This document shows positions 19,171 to 30,774 of a stretch of 64,000 bases of DNA, one piece after another (the first letter of the stretch is position 1; each line of letters begins with the position of its first letter). The DNA lies in NCBI GenBank assembly GCA_963816365.1, contig CAWFKG010000005.1:457850-521849 (forward strand), written 5' to 3'. The translations under genes and the position numbers were made by a program. The notes under the pieces were generated by a model that was not told the DNA's origin, ran no database searches, and saw only the letters and a program-made list of their open reading frames with translations. Source of the stretch: an uncultured Bacteroidales bacterium. GTDB lineage: Bacteria > Bacteroidota > Bacteroidia > Bacteroidales > VadinHA17.

Positions 19171-20208
19171 CTAAATTGTGCCGCAGGAACTTCTTACAAT
19201 AAGTTCGGGTGATATATTTACCTGCCGTTTAAATTTTCCTTTGCCAGAATTTTTCACTTCGGACCATATCATATTTGCAACCTTGGTGGAGATTCCTGAA
19301 AGCGGCTTCCGAAGACAGGTAACCGGTGAAAACATCAGATCAAATCCTGTGCCTTCTTCCATCGAAATTACGGCTATATCCTGAGGTACTCTCAGTTTCT
19401 TTTTCCTGAATAATGTCATAATCGGATAAACCAGGCTTGCATTCATTATCAGCATAACATCGGCCCGGTAAGGAGGACGAAGATACTGTTCGAATTTTGA
19501 TGAATCAATGTCATCTCCGGCCAACCTTTTATCGAGTTCAATTACAACAGGTTTTTCGATTCCCGGTTTCTGTCCAATTATATCAATAATATCCTGAATG
19601 GCACCCGACTCAGAGCGGCATGATCTATGGTCAGCAACTATGATTATGTTCTTGTATCCAAGTTTATCAAGATGGTTAACAACAAGATGCGCTCCGGCAG
19701 CTGTATCTGTGCTGACAGTATTCAGACGCAAAGTTCTGGAGGGCTTTTCGAGAAGCACAAATGGATAATCAGTTGTTCTTAGAGCTCTGATTGTAGCTTC
19801 ATCAGCCGCATCTCCTAGAAGTATAAGCCCGCTGTAGAATTTCTTAAATGCTCCTACAAGACGGTCGTATCTCTGATCATCCGGATCTTTAGTAACAATT
19901 GAGAATCCCACGCCGATACTTGAAAATGCTTTCTGAAGATAAGGGGTTATCTGAATAACGAACGGATCATTGATTGAGGGTACTATCATTCCCAGCACCC
20001 CGGGCTTCTCTTCAACCGGAGAATATTTCATTCTTCTCCTTAATTGATTCAAAATACCCCATCTGTCGCGCAAGCATCAAGAACTTTTTCCTGGGTATCC
20101 TTTCGTGATACCCTGCTGATCAGCTTTATTGTTAAGGACAAGTGATACTAAAGTACCTGATACCCCAAGCCGTGCAGCTAAATCTTTGTTTTTAAATTTT
20201 TTTCCCAT
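19171..20208 (-). CDS. LacI-family transcriptional regulator; frame-disrupted near the HTH/hinge
   Basis: 19171..20073 encodes the periplasmic-binding-like effector domain (GMIVPSINDPF...). The HTH MGKKFKNKDLAARLGVSGTLVSLVLNNK starts at ATG 20208 in another frame. The segment DTQEKVLDACATDGVF sits in a third frame. Confidence 0.7.
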
Positions 20209-20372
20209 TTCCCCATTAATTGAGAGAATTAAATTTAGTACTTTTTTTGAATCAGAGAAATAATTTAATGAATTTTAACTTTTAAAGACAATTATATCGT
20301 TCTTCAGAGGAGAAATTGTCCCAGCTGACTTAGTACTTGCTTCCTCTGCAATAGGGTATGTAACAGGATAAA

Positions 20373-20401
20373 GTAGAGACGCCCAAATTGGGTGTCTCTA
20401 C
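20373..20401 (-). terminator. GTAG-type hairpin 20 nt downstream of the yidC stop
   Basis: GTAGAGACGCCCA aat TGGGTGTCTCTAC, 13 bp with one G-T pair. The T tract is weak (CTACTTTATCC on the minus strand). Confidence 0.5.
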
Positions 20402-20420
20402 GTACAATAGATTGAATATA

Positions 20421-22390
20421 CTATCTTTTAGGAGGATTGATACCTCTTTGTTTTGCAGCTGCTTCAAGCCGCTGCTGCCATTTTGACTTTTTAAGCGGTT
20501 TCTTTTTATTCTGCCTCCAGTGTCGCAAGGACAGCGTCAGCATTTATAAATCTTTTTGAGATCATATTCTGTGCATAAGTAAGCATATTAGCGAGGAAAT
20601 AATAATATGTAAGACCTGATGAGAAATTATTAAGGATGAGCATGAACATTACAGGCATCATATACATCATCAGCTTCATGCCCGGCTGATCGGAACCCGG
20701 TGAGGAACCGGTCATCTTCATTGTCAGTCAGTGTAGAGGCTGTCATAAGAAGTGTGAACAGGCTGACATGATTTCCATACATAGGTATCGTAAACGGAAG
20801 CTTCAGAATAGAATCATACGTTGAAAGGTCAGTGGCCCAGAGGAAATGTTCCTGCCTTAATTCAATTGACACAGGGAAAAACCTGAACATGGCAAAGAGA
20901 ATAGGCATCTGCAGCAGCATTGGCAGACAGCCTCCCATCGGATTCACCCCTGCCCTTTTATACAGATCCATGGTGGCCTGTTGTTTTTTCATCGCATCTT
21001 CCTTCTTCGGAAATTTCTTTCCAAGCTCCTCGACCATCGGTTTCAGGACCTGCATTTTTGCCTGCGACTGATACGATTTAAAAGTCAGCGGAAACAGAAC
21101 AACCTTTATAATGATAGTCAGAATAAGAATAATTAAACCATAATTGCTTATAAAACGGTTTAGCCAGTTAAAAATCGGAATAATTGCAAACCTGTTAATC
21201 CACCCTATAATATTTTTGCCAAGGAAAACAAGTTTATCGAGCTCAAGACCTTCTTTTTTAAGAATTGTAAAGCTGTTTGGCCCATAGTACAACTTCATGG
21301 AAATAGAATTTGCAGAAGCAGGATTATAAGGTACTCCCAATTCAGATGTGTAATATCTTGTATACTTAGGAGACGCTAATGTCCGCGTTGATGACAGGGA
21401 GCCATTTAGAAAGTAATCATTAGAAACAATGACTGACGAAAAGAACTGATCCTGAAATGCAACCCAGCTCAGTTTGGTCGTTACATCAACTTTTTCTAAT
21501 TCTTTACTCTGGCTTCGCTTTAAGTATATAACATCGTCCTGATAGTATTTATACGTAATGGTGGAATAATTCTCTTCATTTTGCCTTCCCTTTTCCTGTT
21601 GCGGCATATACATTTTCCAGTCCAGGGTAATGCTGTTCTGATTTGAAGCAATAATGTCCTCCATAGATTTGAAGGTAACATTAAAGTCAACCATGTATTT
21701 ATCAGGTGCAAGGGTGTATTTGTATTCAATATATTTATCCTCACCAGCTAGCAATCGAAGAACAACGCTTTGAGGCTGGGAACTAACGACATAAGATTTT
21801 TGCTCCGATACTGGTTTGAAATAGAGGTTGTTAGTCTGAACAGCTTTGTTATCACTGGTAAAAAAATTAAATCCAAAAACTGTTGAGTCACCTGAAAATA
21901 AAATAAGAGGCTTAGAGTCAAATGTCTTATAATCTTTTATTCTGGCGGAATAGACTCTTCCCCCCTTAAGGGAAATTCTTAGTTCAATTTTATTGTTTTC
22001 AAGAGTAATAAAGTCATTTTCACCAGTCGCAGAAGCTGCAAATGCTCCATACTGGCTTATATCTGTCTTTGTTTCCGCCTGCTTGGATATTGGATTCGCT
22101 ATGGCAGCCGGCTGCAAACCTAAAGAATCAGATTTCTGCTTCTCTGGTGTATTTCCAAGCTTGCCATTGATCTCATTTATTTTTGCCAGTACATCCGGCT
22201 GATTTGGTTTGAATCTGAGTGCATTTATATATTCTGTTCGTGCAGTTTCAAGATCACCTTTGGCATAATCAGATTCAGCAACCACAACAGCCTTTTCATA
22301 GGCTTTATTCATCTTATTGCTATTATATATGCTGAACCCTATAAAGATCAGAAAAATCAGTATAAGGCCTGTTATTGTATTTCTATCCAT
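20421..22390 (-). CDS. yidC: membrane protein insertase YidC (long Bacteroidota type); frame-disrupted at least 2 times
   Basis: 20630..22390 has ..WINRFAIIPIFNWL...ILTIIIKVVLFPLTFKSYQSQAKMQVLKP...GGCLPMLLQMPILFAMFRFF. 20506..20721 has MKLMMYMMPVMFMLILNNFSSGLTYYYFLANM. The basic tail ..NKKKPLKKSKWQQRLEAAAKQRGINPPKR* ends at 20421 in a third frame. Confidence 0.85.
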
Positions 22391-22477
22391 TCTTCAGGGT
22401 GAGTTATTAATATTGATTTAAAAATTAATATTGATTTAGTAAATATTTCTCCGGATGTTGATATCTCTGTAGCGTTA

Positions 22478-24094
<1,617 letters not shown>

Positions 24095-24124
24095 TTATTT
24101 GTTTACTAAAAGATTTCATTATCA

Positions 24125-26120
24125 TTAATCATCAAGGCCTGACTGGTCTATCATCTTGACTTTTTCTTCAAGTGTTTTAATAAGTTTTTTTGCATTGTCT
24201 ATTTTCTCTTCAACTTCTTTGATCATGGTATCTGCATTTGTCGATTTTGCAAAGAAGCCAATATTATTCTCCCACAAAACTATATCGCCCTCAAGCTGTT
24301 TGATCTTAGTAAAGAATTTATCTCTTTCATTCCGCACTTTCCTTGATGCTTTCGGATTTGCTTTAAGGTTATCGAGCTTGGTTTTATATTTAAGTATGCT
24401 TTTATCCTCATCGCCGATTTTCAGCTTATCAAACTCTTTATTGATAGCGGTCCTGTATTTATTTGTTATCTCATCTTTAAGATTAAAAGGGACAAAACCA
24501 ATCTCGGTCCATTTCCTCTGCAGCTCTTTCAGTCGTTCGAATGCAGCCTGAACATCAGTTCCGGGATCAAATTTTTCAAGTTCCTCAATAATAGCAAGTT
24601 TTGCCTTTAAATTATCTTCATATGAAGTATCAAGAGCAGCAAAAAATTCAGTTTTCCTGTTGAAAAAATGATCACAGGCTTTGCGGAATCTTTTCCAGCA
24701 TCTTTCTGATTGTTTTCTTGGTACAGGACCTATTTCTTTCCATTCTTTCTGAAGTTTAATAAGAGCATCGGAGGTTGCTTTCCAGTCTGTGCTTTCCTGA
24801 AGAGCTTCTGCCTGAATACATAATTCTGTCTTCAGTTGAAGGTTATTCAGCTGGATCTCTTTGTTATCAGCATAGAATCCTCTTTTCTTCTCAAAGAAGG
24901 CATCGCATGCTTCCCTGAATCTCTGATATACTTTATTATTCTGTTTCTTTGGAGCAAATCCTATTGTCCGCCACATTTTCTGAAGCTCAACAACCTTATC
25001 GGCTCTCTCATCAAATTCCTTGAAGTTTTTAATTTCAAGCATGTTGATAGCATCCACTTCTTCACACAGACGCTATTTTAGCATCAAGGTTTTTCTTTTG
25101 ATCGTCTTTCTGCTTTTCAAAGTACTCGTGATGTCTCTTGTTGATCTGAGAAGTTGCTTCTTTAAACCTTTCCCAGATTTCATTTTTTGATTCCTGAGGA
25201 ACCGGTCCTATTTCACGCCATTGATTATGAAAGTCCTGCAACGATCTGAATGCATTAACAGGATTAGGCTCGAGTAAAAGTTCTTCAGCCTTTTCACACA
25301 AAAGAACCTTTGCTTCAAGGTTCTTTTTCAGATCAAGGTCCCTTAATTCCTTGTTGATCTTAATATAATCGTAGAATATTTCTACATAATGATGATAATT
25401 CTCCCAGAGGTCTTTGAGGGAGGTCTGGGGAACAACTCCGATTGAATGCCATTCATTCTGGAGAGATCTGAAATCATGAAAAGTCTTATTTATTGACTCC
25501 TCCCTGTTTACCAGATCTTTGATTTTATCAATTATATCGTATTTCTTCTTAAGGTTCTCATATTTTTCAGCTTCCTGAATCTTATTATAGTCAGTCTTCT
25601 TCTCTTTGTATTTTTCAAGCAGATGTTTTACACGCGCATCATCAGGATCAACCCATTGCCTGTAGTCTTCGATCTTACCCCCTTCAGCCAGAAATTTTGC
25701 TTTTCTTTCCTCTGATTCACTTTTTAATTTCTTATAAAACAGGATCTTAATCCGTTCAACATCTTCCCTGATCTCAACAGCAGGCCGGTTTTCAATAATC
25801 AGACCCAGAGTTTCAACCAGTTCATGTTTGGAGTATCCTGAATAATCAACCTGAGGAAGTTCAATATCCTCAAATGAATGAGTATCCTCATGAGCCGGTT
25901 CTGCTTTATCAGTGGCTGGTTTAGAATCTTCAACAGGCTTATGTACCTCATTTTCAGTGACTATCTCTGGTTGCTCTTCTTTCTTTTCAGCTTCTCCCAA
26001 AGAGTCAGGTTCTTGCGCGTTTTCCGCTTGAGTGGCATCCTCAGTTCCAGGGGCTTTTTCATTTACCCCGGATTGTTCTTCACGAACAGAGTCATCCGGA
26101 TTTTTCTTGGTCATAATCAA
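24125..26120 (-). CDS. DUF349 repeat protein; one frame disruption
   Basis: Fragments 25062..26120 and 24125..25057 both carry the repeating W..IG.VP....E.WERF..A.D.FF unit. The junction ..LDAKIA|LCEEVDAINMLEI is restored by deleting one T near 25068. Confidence 0.75.
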
Positions 26121-26372
26121 TCCTTTTATTGTTCAGCTCATTATCAGTAATTTTCACCACGGCAATCCATGGGAATTTCAGACTACGAAAGTATTGAAAT
26201 ATTTAATAAAACTCAAAGTTTTGATATAATAAATGTGAGAATCAGATATTAAGACCTTCTGATCATGATGCAGGGAAAGCAATATATTTTATCGATCGGA
26301 AGATTAATTCTATATTTGACAGATAATTCAGAATCTCATAATTCCGGGTACAATAACTTAAATAATTGATAT

Positions 26373-26552
26373 ATGCATAACTATGAAATTCTAATTTTTG
26401 TTGCGGCTATGGCTGTTCTGGCTATCAGGCTATATCAGAAATATGTAAAGAAAACTAAAGGCAATCAGGGATTTGATTCAAGGTCAGCAACTGGTACTTC
26501 GTTCCCATCCACTGCAAAAGATGATGATTATGAACCTTATTCAAAAAAATAA
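26373..26552 (+). CDS. possible 59-aa single-pass membrane protein (below the ORF-track cutoff)
   Basis: My translation: MHNYEILIFVAAMAVLAIRLYQKYVKKTKGNQGFDSRSATGTSFPSTAKDDDYEPYSKK*. It has one N-terminal TM helix and a polar tail. No homology was recognised. Confidence 0.3.
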   Translation: MHNYEILIFVAAMAVLAIRLYQKYVKKTKGNQGFDSRSATGTSFPSTAKDDDYEPYSKK

Positions 26553-26559
26553 ACAGGAT

Positions 26560-27855
26560 TCATCTCCTGTTTTTTGAAAGCATGTACCGGAATGGATTGA
26601 CTAACTTTTGAAGAAGCCTTATATTCTCAGTGATAATTTCTGCTGTACCCTGCATATTCTGAGTAAACTCAAGATTTGTTCCATATAATGTTGTGAGTCC
26701 CTCTGGAAGCTCAATTTCAATAACATATGCATCACCTGAGGGAACAAGCGATTTGGATTTTACAATACCTCTCACCATTCCATATTCAAGATAAGGGTAT
26801 CCGCTGAGTTTGATATTAACCAGCATGCCGGTTTTTACTTTACCCGATCTTTCCATCTTCAGATTTATCCTGCCAAGATAATTTCCGGCTTCCAGAGGAA
26901 CAATACTGACTACCGGTTCATCTTTTACAACTGACTGGTTTGCACTCCAGAACTTGGTAAATGAAACAATTCCTTCAATCGGAGAAATAAGAAGATAAGT
27001 GTTTTCCCATGAGTTTATCTGAGCATTCAGATTCAAAAATGATTCACGCAAAACAGAAACATATTTGTCCTTCTCCTCCACCTGGGTAATCCGGTAATCC
27101 TGAAGAAGCTGGCGTTTTTCAGCCAGTTCAATTGATTTTGCAGAGTGATCGAGTCGTGCCTGCTGCAGTTCAATATTTACCATCAACAACGCCTGGTGTG
27201 ATTTTTCAAGATCACTTTCTGGTATCACCTTGCCGGCATAAAGCGAGGAATCTCTGTTATATTTTTTGGTTTCAATCCGCTGATTTTCAGTATACCACTT
27301 TTCCTTAACGCTCAGCTTATTGATAAATTCCTGAATTCCTTTTATCTCATCGGTCAGTGAAGCTATTTTGTTTCCATAAAAATCATTGATTTGATAATTA
27401 TTCAGGTCAGACAGGTTCTTCAGAAAAGTTCCATAAAAACCCTGAAGTTCACCAAGCTCAGAAAACATTGGAAGCGATCTGTAAGACAACAGTTCAGGAT
27501 TCCTAATAGTGTCAATTGTCTGTTTCAGCAATTCGATCTCATTCATTGAAGCAGTTGTTTCCATTACAGCAACCAACTGACCGGCATGTACTTTTTCTCT
27601 TTCTTTTACATATAGTGATTTTATATGACCTGTTATTTTAGTCACAAGTGTTACAGGTGGATTTGTAGTAGTAATTTCAACAGGAGCAGGGATAGTATCG
27701 GGATATTTAATTAGCCAGGCAAAGAGAATAAAAAGGACAAATATCAGAAGCATTATTGTAGTGCCCCATCGAAGGATTCTTCTGGGTGGTCTTCCCATAA
27801 TTTCTTTTACAGGATCAGAATATAATATTTCAGGTCTCTGGTTCTTCATTTGCAA
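26560..27855 (-). CDS. HlyD-family secretion adaptor (bacteriocin/peptide export accessory)
   Basis: N-terminal TM (TTIMLLIFVLFILFAWLI), a lipoyl-like segment (GHIKSLYVKEREKVHAGQLVAVME), a long coiled coil and a C-terminal beta-barrel. The stop lies 2 nt from the upstream ABC gene. Confidence 0.85.
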   Translation of the reverse strand: MQMKNQRPEILYSDPVKEIMGRPPRRILRWGTTIMLLIFVLFILFAWLIKYPDTIPAPVEITTTNPPVTLVTKITGHIKSLYVKEREKVHAGQLVAVMETTASMNEIELLKQTIDTIRNPELLSYRSLPMFSELGELQGFYGTFLKNLSDLNNYQINDFYGNKIASLTDEIKGIQEFINKLSVKEKWYTENQRIETKKYNRDSSLYAGKVIPESDLEKSHQALLMVNIELQQARLDHSAKSIELAEKRQLLQDYRITQVEEKDKYVSVLRESFLNLNAQINSWENTYLLISPIEGIVSFTKFWSANQSVVKDEPVVSIVPLEAGNYLGRINLKMERSGKVKTGMLVNIKLSGYPYLEYGMVRGIVKSKSLVPSGDAYVIEIELPEGLTTLYGTNLEFTQNMQGTAEIITENIRLLQKLVNPFRYMLSKNRR

Positions 27856-27857
27856 TC

Positions 27858-30044
27858 TTAACTGCCTAGTTCAAGTTGATTTTTAACAAGATTATAATAG
27901 GCACCCTTTTTCCCGATAAGCGAATCATGAGTGCCGGTTTCAATTATCCTGCCGCTGTCAAGAACAACTATTTTATCAGCGTCTCTCACTGTGCTAAGCC
28001 TGTGTGCCACCACAATCACTGTTTTGCCTTCAAAAAATTCAGCCAGATTTTCAACAATTACTTTTTCATTATTGGCATCGAGTGAATTAGTAGCTTCATC
28101 AAAAATGATTATATCGGGATTTTTATAGATCACCCTGGCAATGAGCAACCTTTGCTTCTGACCTTCACTCAGGCCATGGCCATTTGCTCCTATTTTGGTA
28201 TTATATCCGAGCGGAAGTGACTCAATAAATCCTTTTATGTTTGCAATATCGACTGCCTTTATAAGTCGTTCTTCATCAATTTCTTCACTTCCGGGTGCAA
28301 TATTTGCAGCAATAGTGTCGGGGAATAAAAAGCCATCCTGCATTACAGCGCCCACTTTTTCCCGCCATATTTTAAGACTGATATTTGACAAGCGCAGGTC
28401 ACCTATAAGTATTTCACCTGAAACAGGATGATAAAACCCAAGAAGCATCTTCAACAGTGTTGTTTTGCCGCTTCCGCTGGTTCCGACAATTGCTGTTATT
28501 TTGTTTTCCTCAATGAACAGGTCGATATCTTTTAGTGCAAATGGCGAACGCGGACCCTCATACTGGTACGAAAGACCATTAAAATAGATATCCTTTTTTT
28601 CGGGAAGTTTCCGTACTTTAACTTCCGGATCAGGTTCCTCCTCTTCAAGATTATGAACTTCGGCAAGCCGGTCAAGACTCATTTTTGCATCCTGTGACAT
28701 ACGAAAAAAGCCAATTATCTGACTTACCGGCACATTAAGCTGACCTATAATAAACTGGACCGCAAGCATCATACCCAATGTCATATCACCCTTGAGAACT
28801 GCTGTAGCAGCAACAATTGTAATCAGTACATTGGTCACTTCATTTATAAAGGTTGCTCCGGCAGACTGATATTGAATGATGCTCAATCCCTTTACCTTCA
28901 ATCCAAACAAAATAGCCTGAAGCTTTTCCCAATCCCATCGCATGCTTAATTCACTCTGCGTCAGTTTGATCTCCTGCATTCCGTTAACAATATTTATTAA
29001 TTTGTTACCTGAAACTGACATTTGTTTGAAACGCTGATGATCAAGTCTTGCTCTTGATTTCATAAAAAGTGATACCCATAATATATATAATACCGACCCG
29101 GTAAGAAACAATGCAAGAATTTTAATATTGAACACTGCGAGCACAATGCCAAAAACTACCAGGTTGAAAAATGAAAACAGTATATTAAGACTGGCTGAAG
29201 TAAGAAACTCTTCAATCCTGTTATTATCTTCAATACGCTGAAGGATATCCCCGGTGAGCTTTGTATCAAAAAATGCAACCGGCAGCGACATAAGTTTCTG
29301 AAGGAATCCCGAAATGATAGCCACATTAACCCTTGATCCGATATGAAGCAACAACCAGCCTCTTATGAATTCAACCGACATTCTGCCGAAAACCAGGGCC
29401 AGCTGGGCAAAAAGGATCAGGTAAATAAAACCTATATCATTATTATTCAAACCAATATCGATAATCGCCTGGGTAAGGAATGGTATTAAAAGCTGTATGC
29501 AACTTCCCAGTAACAGGCCTAACACAAGCTGATAAAAATATTTCCTGTAAAGACGGAAATATTTAAACAGAAATTTAAATCCGTTTGCCTTTTCCTTTTC
29601 ATTCTCATTCTCAAAAAGCGATGGTGTTGGTTCAATTATTAATACAAGTCCTGATGGTTTTCCATCGACAACCGTAGATGTCCAGTTTTTGACAAATTCA
29701 TCACGGCTGAATTTTACCAGACCCACTGCCGGATCGGCAGCCCATATTTTATCATTTTGAATTTTATAAACTACGATGAAATGTTTCTGCCTCCAGTGTA
29801 CGATACATGGCAGAGGAACATTCTCAGTCATTATTTCAAAAGGAATTTTCACTCCTATTGTTCTGAATCCCAATGAATCCGCAGCTTCAGAAAGTCCAAG
29901 AAAAGAGACTCCTTCACGGGTTATATAACATTTTTTACGGAGAGATTCAAGTGAAAAATTCATTTTGTAAAATCCTGCCACCATTTTAAGGCAGGCAGGT
30001 CCGCAATCCATTGCATCAGGTTGTTTTACAAAAGGGAAAGACAT
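27858..30044 (-). CDS. peptidase-C39-domain ABC exporter (PCAT; double-glycine leader-cleaving transporter)
   Basis: N-terminal C39 domain with QPDAMDCGPACLKMV (catalytic Cys) and HWRQKHFIVVY (His). Six TM segments. NBD with GTSGSGKTTL, LSEGQKQRLLIAR and IIIFDEATNSLD. Confidence 0.9.
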   Translation of the reverse strand: MSFPFVKQPDAMDCGPACLKMVAGFYKMNFSLESLRKKCYITREGVSFLGLSEAADSLGFRTIGVKIPFEIMTENVPLPCIVHWRQKHFIVVYKIQNDKIWAADPAVGLVKFSRDEFVKNWTSTVVDGKPSGLVLIIEPTPSLFENENEKEKANGFKFLFKYFRLYRKYFYQLVLGLLLGSCIQLLIPFLTQAIIDIGLNNNDIGFIYLILFAQLALVFGRMSVEFIRGWLLLHIGSRVNVAIISGFLQKLMSLPVAFFDTKLTGDILQRIEDNNRIEEFLTSASLNILFSFFNLVVFGIVLAVFNIKILALFLTGSVLYILWVSLFMKSRARLDHQRFKQMSVSGNKLINIVNGMQEIKLTQSELSMRWDWEKLQAILFGLKVKGLSIIQYQSAGATFINEVTNVLITIVAATAVLKGDMTLGMMLAVQFIIGQLNVPVSQIIGFFRMSQDAKMSLDRLAEVHNLEEEEPDPEVKVRKLPEKKDIYFNGLSYQYEGPRSPFALKDIDLFIEENKITAIVGTSGSGKTTLLKMLLGFYHPVSGEILIGDLRLSNISLKIWREKVGAVMQDGFLFPDTIAANIAPGSEEIDEERLIKAVDIANIKGFIESLPLGYNTKIGANGHGLSEGQKQRLLIARVIYKNPDIIIFDEATNSLDANNEKVIVENLAEFFEGKTVIVVAHRLSTVRDADKIVVLDSGRIIETGTHDSLIGKKGAYYNLVKNQLELGS

Positions 30045-30162
30045 CTGAGGTTTCCGGAAATTTATTTATCGACAGAGTAAAGATATTTATATTTTGGTCA
30101 GGATAATCCTCATCTGGCATATAAAATAGGAACCTGATACACCATAAGAAGAGTTTTGGATT

Positions 30163-30774
30163 TTGGAAATACTATATTTGCCTATTGATACCACAAACCA
30201 CAACGGGTTGTTTAAAAGAATTTCTGATATTAATATAATAGATGGTGTTCGCAATCAGGATGATAAGATTCTGAATTGGCTTTATGACAACTATTTTCAA
30301 TCTGTTAAAAATCATGTTCTAAGTAATAGCGGTTCCGAGGAAGATGTTTCAGATGTATTTCAGGATTCCATAATCGTACTTTATAATCAGATAACCGACG
30401 ATAATCTGAATCTCACAACCGATCTGAAAGGGTATTTTTTCGGAATAGCCCGCAATGTCTGGAGCTCACAGCTCAGAAAAAAGCAAAGAACCGTGGAACT
30501 TGATATTGATCCTCCTGATGAGGAAGAACAGGAGGAACAGTCTGATCCGGCTTTGGAGCGTATAATCAGCAGGGCATTTCAGAAACTAAAACCCGATCAG
30601 CAAATGGTACTGAATTTATTTTCAGATGGTCAGACCTATGAAGAGATTGCAATAAAAATGAATCTGAAAAATGAGGTTTATGCCCGAAGGAAAAAATATC
30701 TGTGCAAGGAAGCTCTCCTGGAGCTGGTAAAAGAAGATCCTGAATATCAGGAATATATTCGTCTCCAGAAATAA
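30163..30774 (+). CDS. sigma-70 family factor with regions 2 and 4 only (ECF-like)
   Basis: Region 2-like: DVSDVFQDSIIVLY...YFFGIARNVW. An acidic linker follows. Region 4 HTH: LKPDQQMVLNLFSDGQTYEEIAIKMNL. There is no N-terminal ATG; the candidate starts are TTG 30163 or TTG 30208. Confidence 0.7.
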   Translation: MEILYLPIDTTNHNGLFKRISDINIIDGVRNQDDKILNWLYDNYFQSVKNHVLSNSGSEEDVSDVFQDSIIVLYNQITDDNLNLTTDLKGYFFGIARNVWSSQLRKKQRTVELDIDPPDEEEQEEQSDPALERIISRAFQKLKPDQQMVLNLFSDGQTYEEIAIKMNLKNEVYARRKKYLCKEALLELVKEDPEYQEYIRLQK

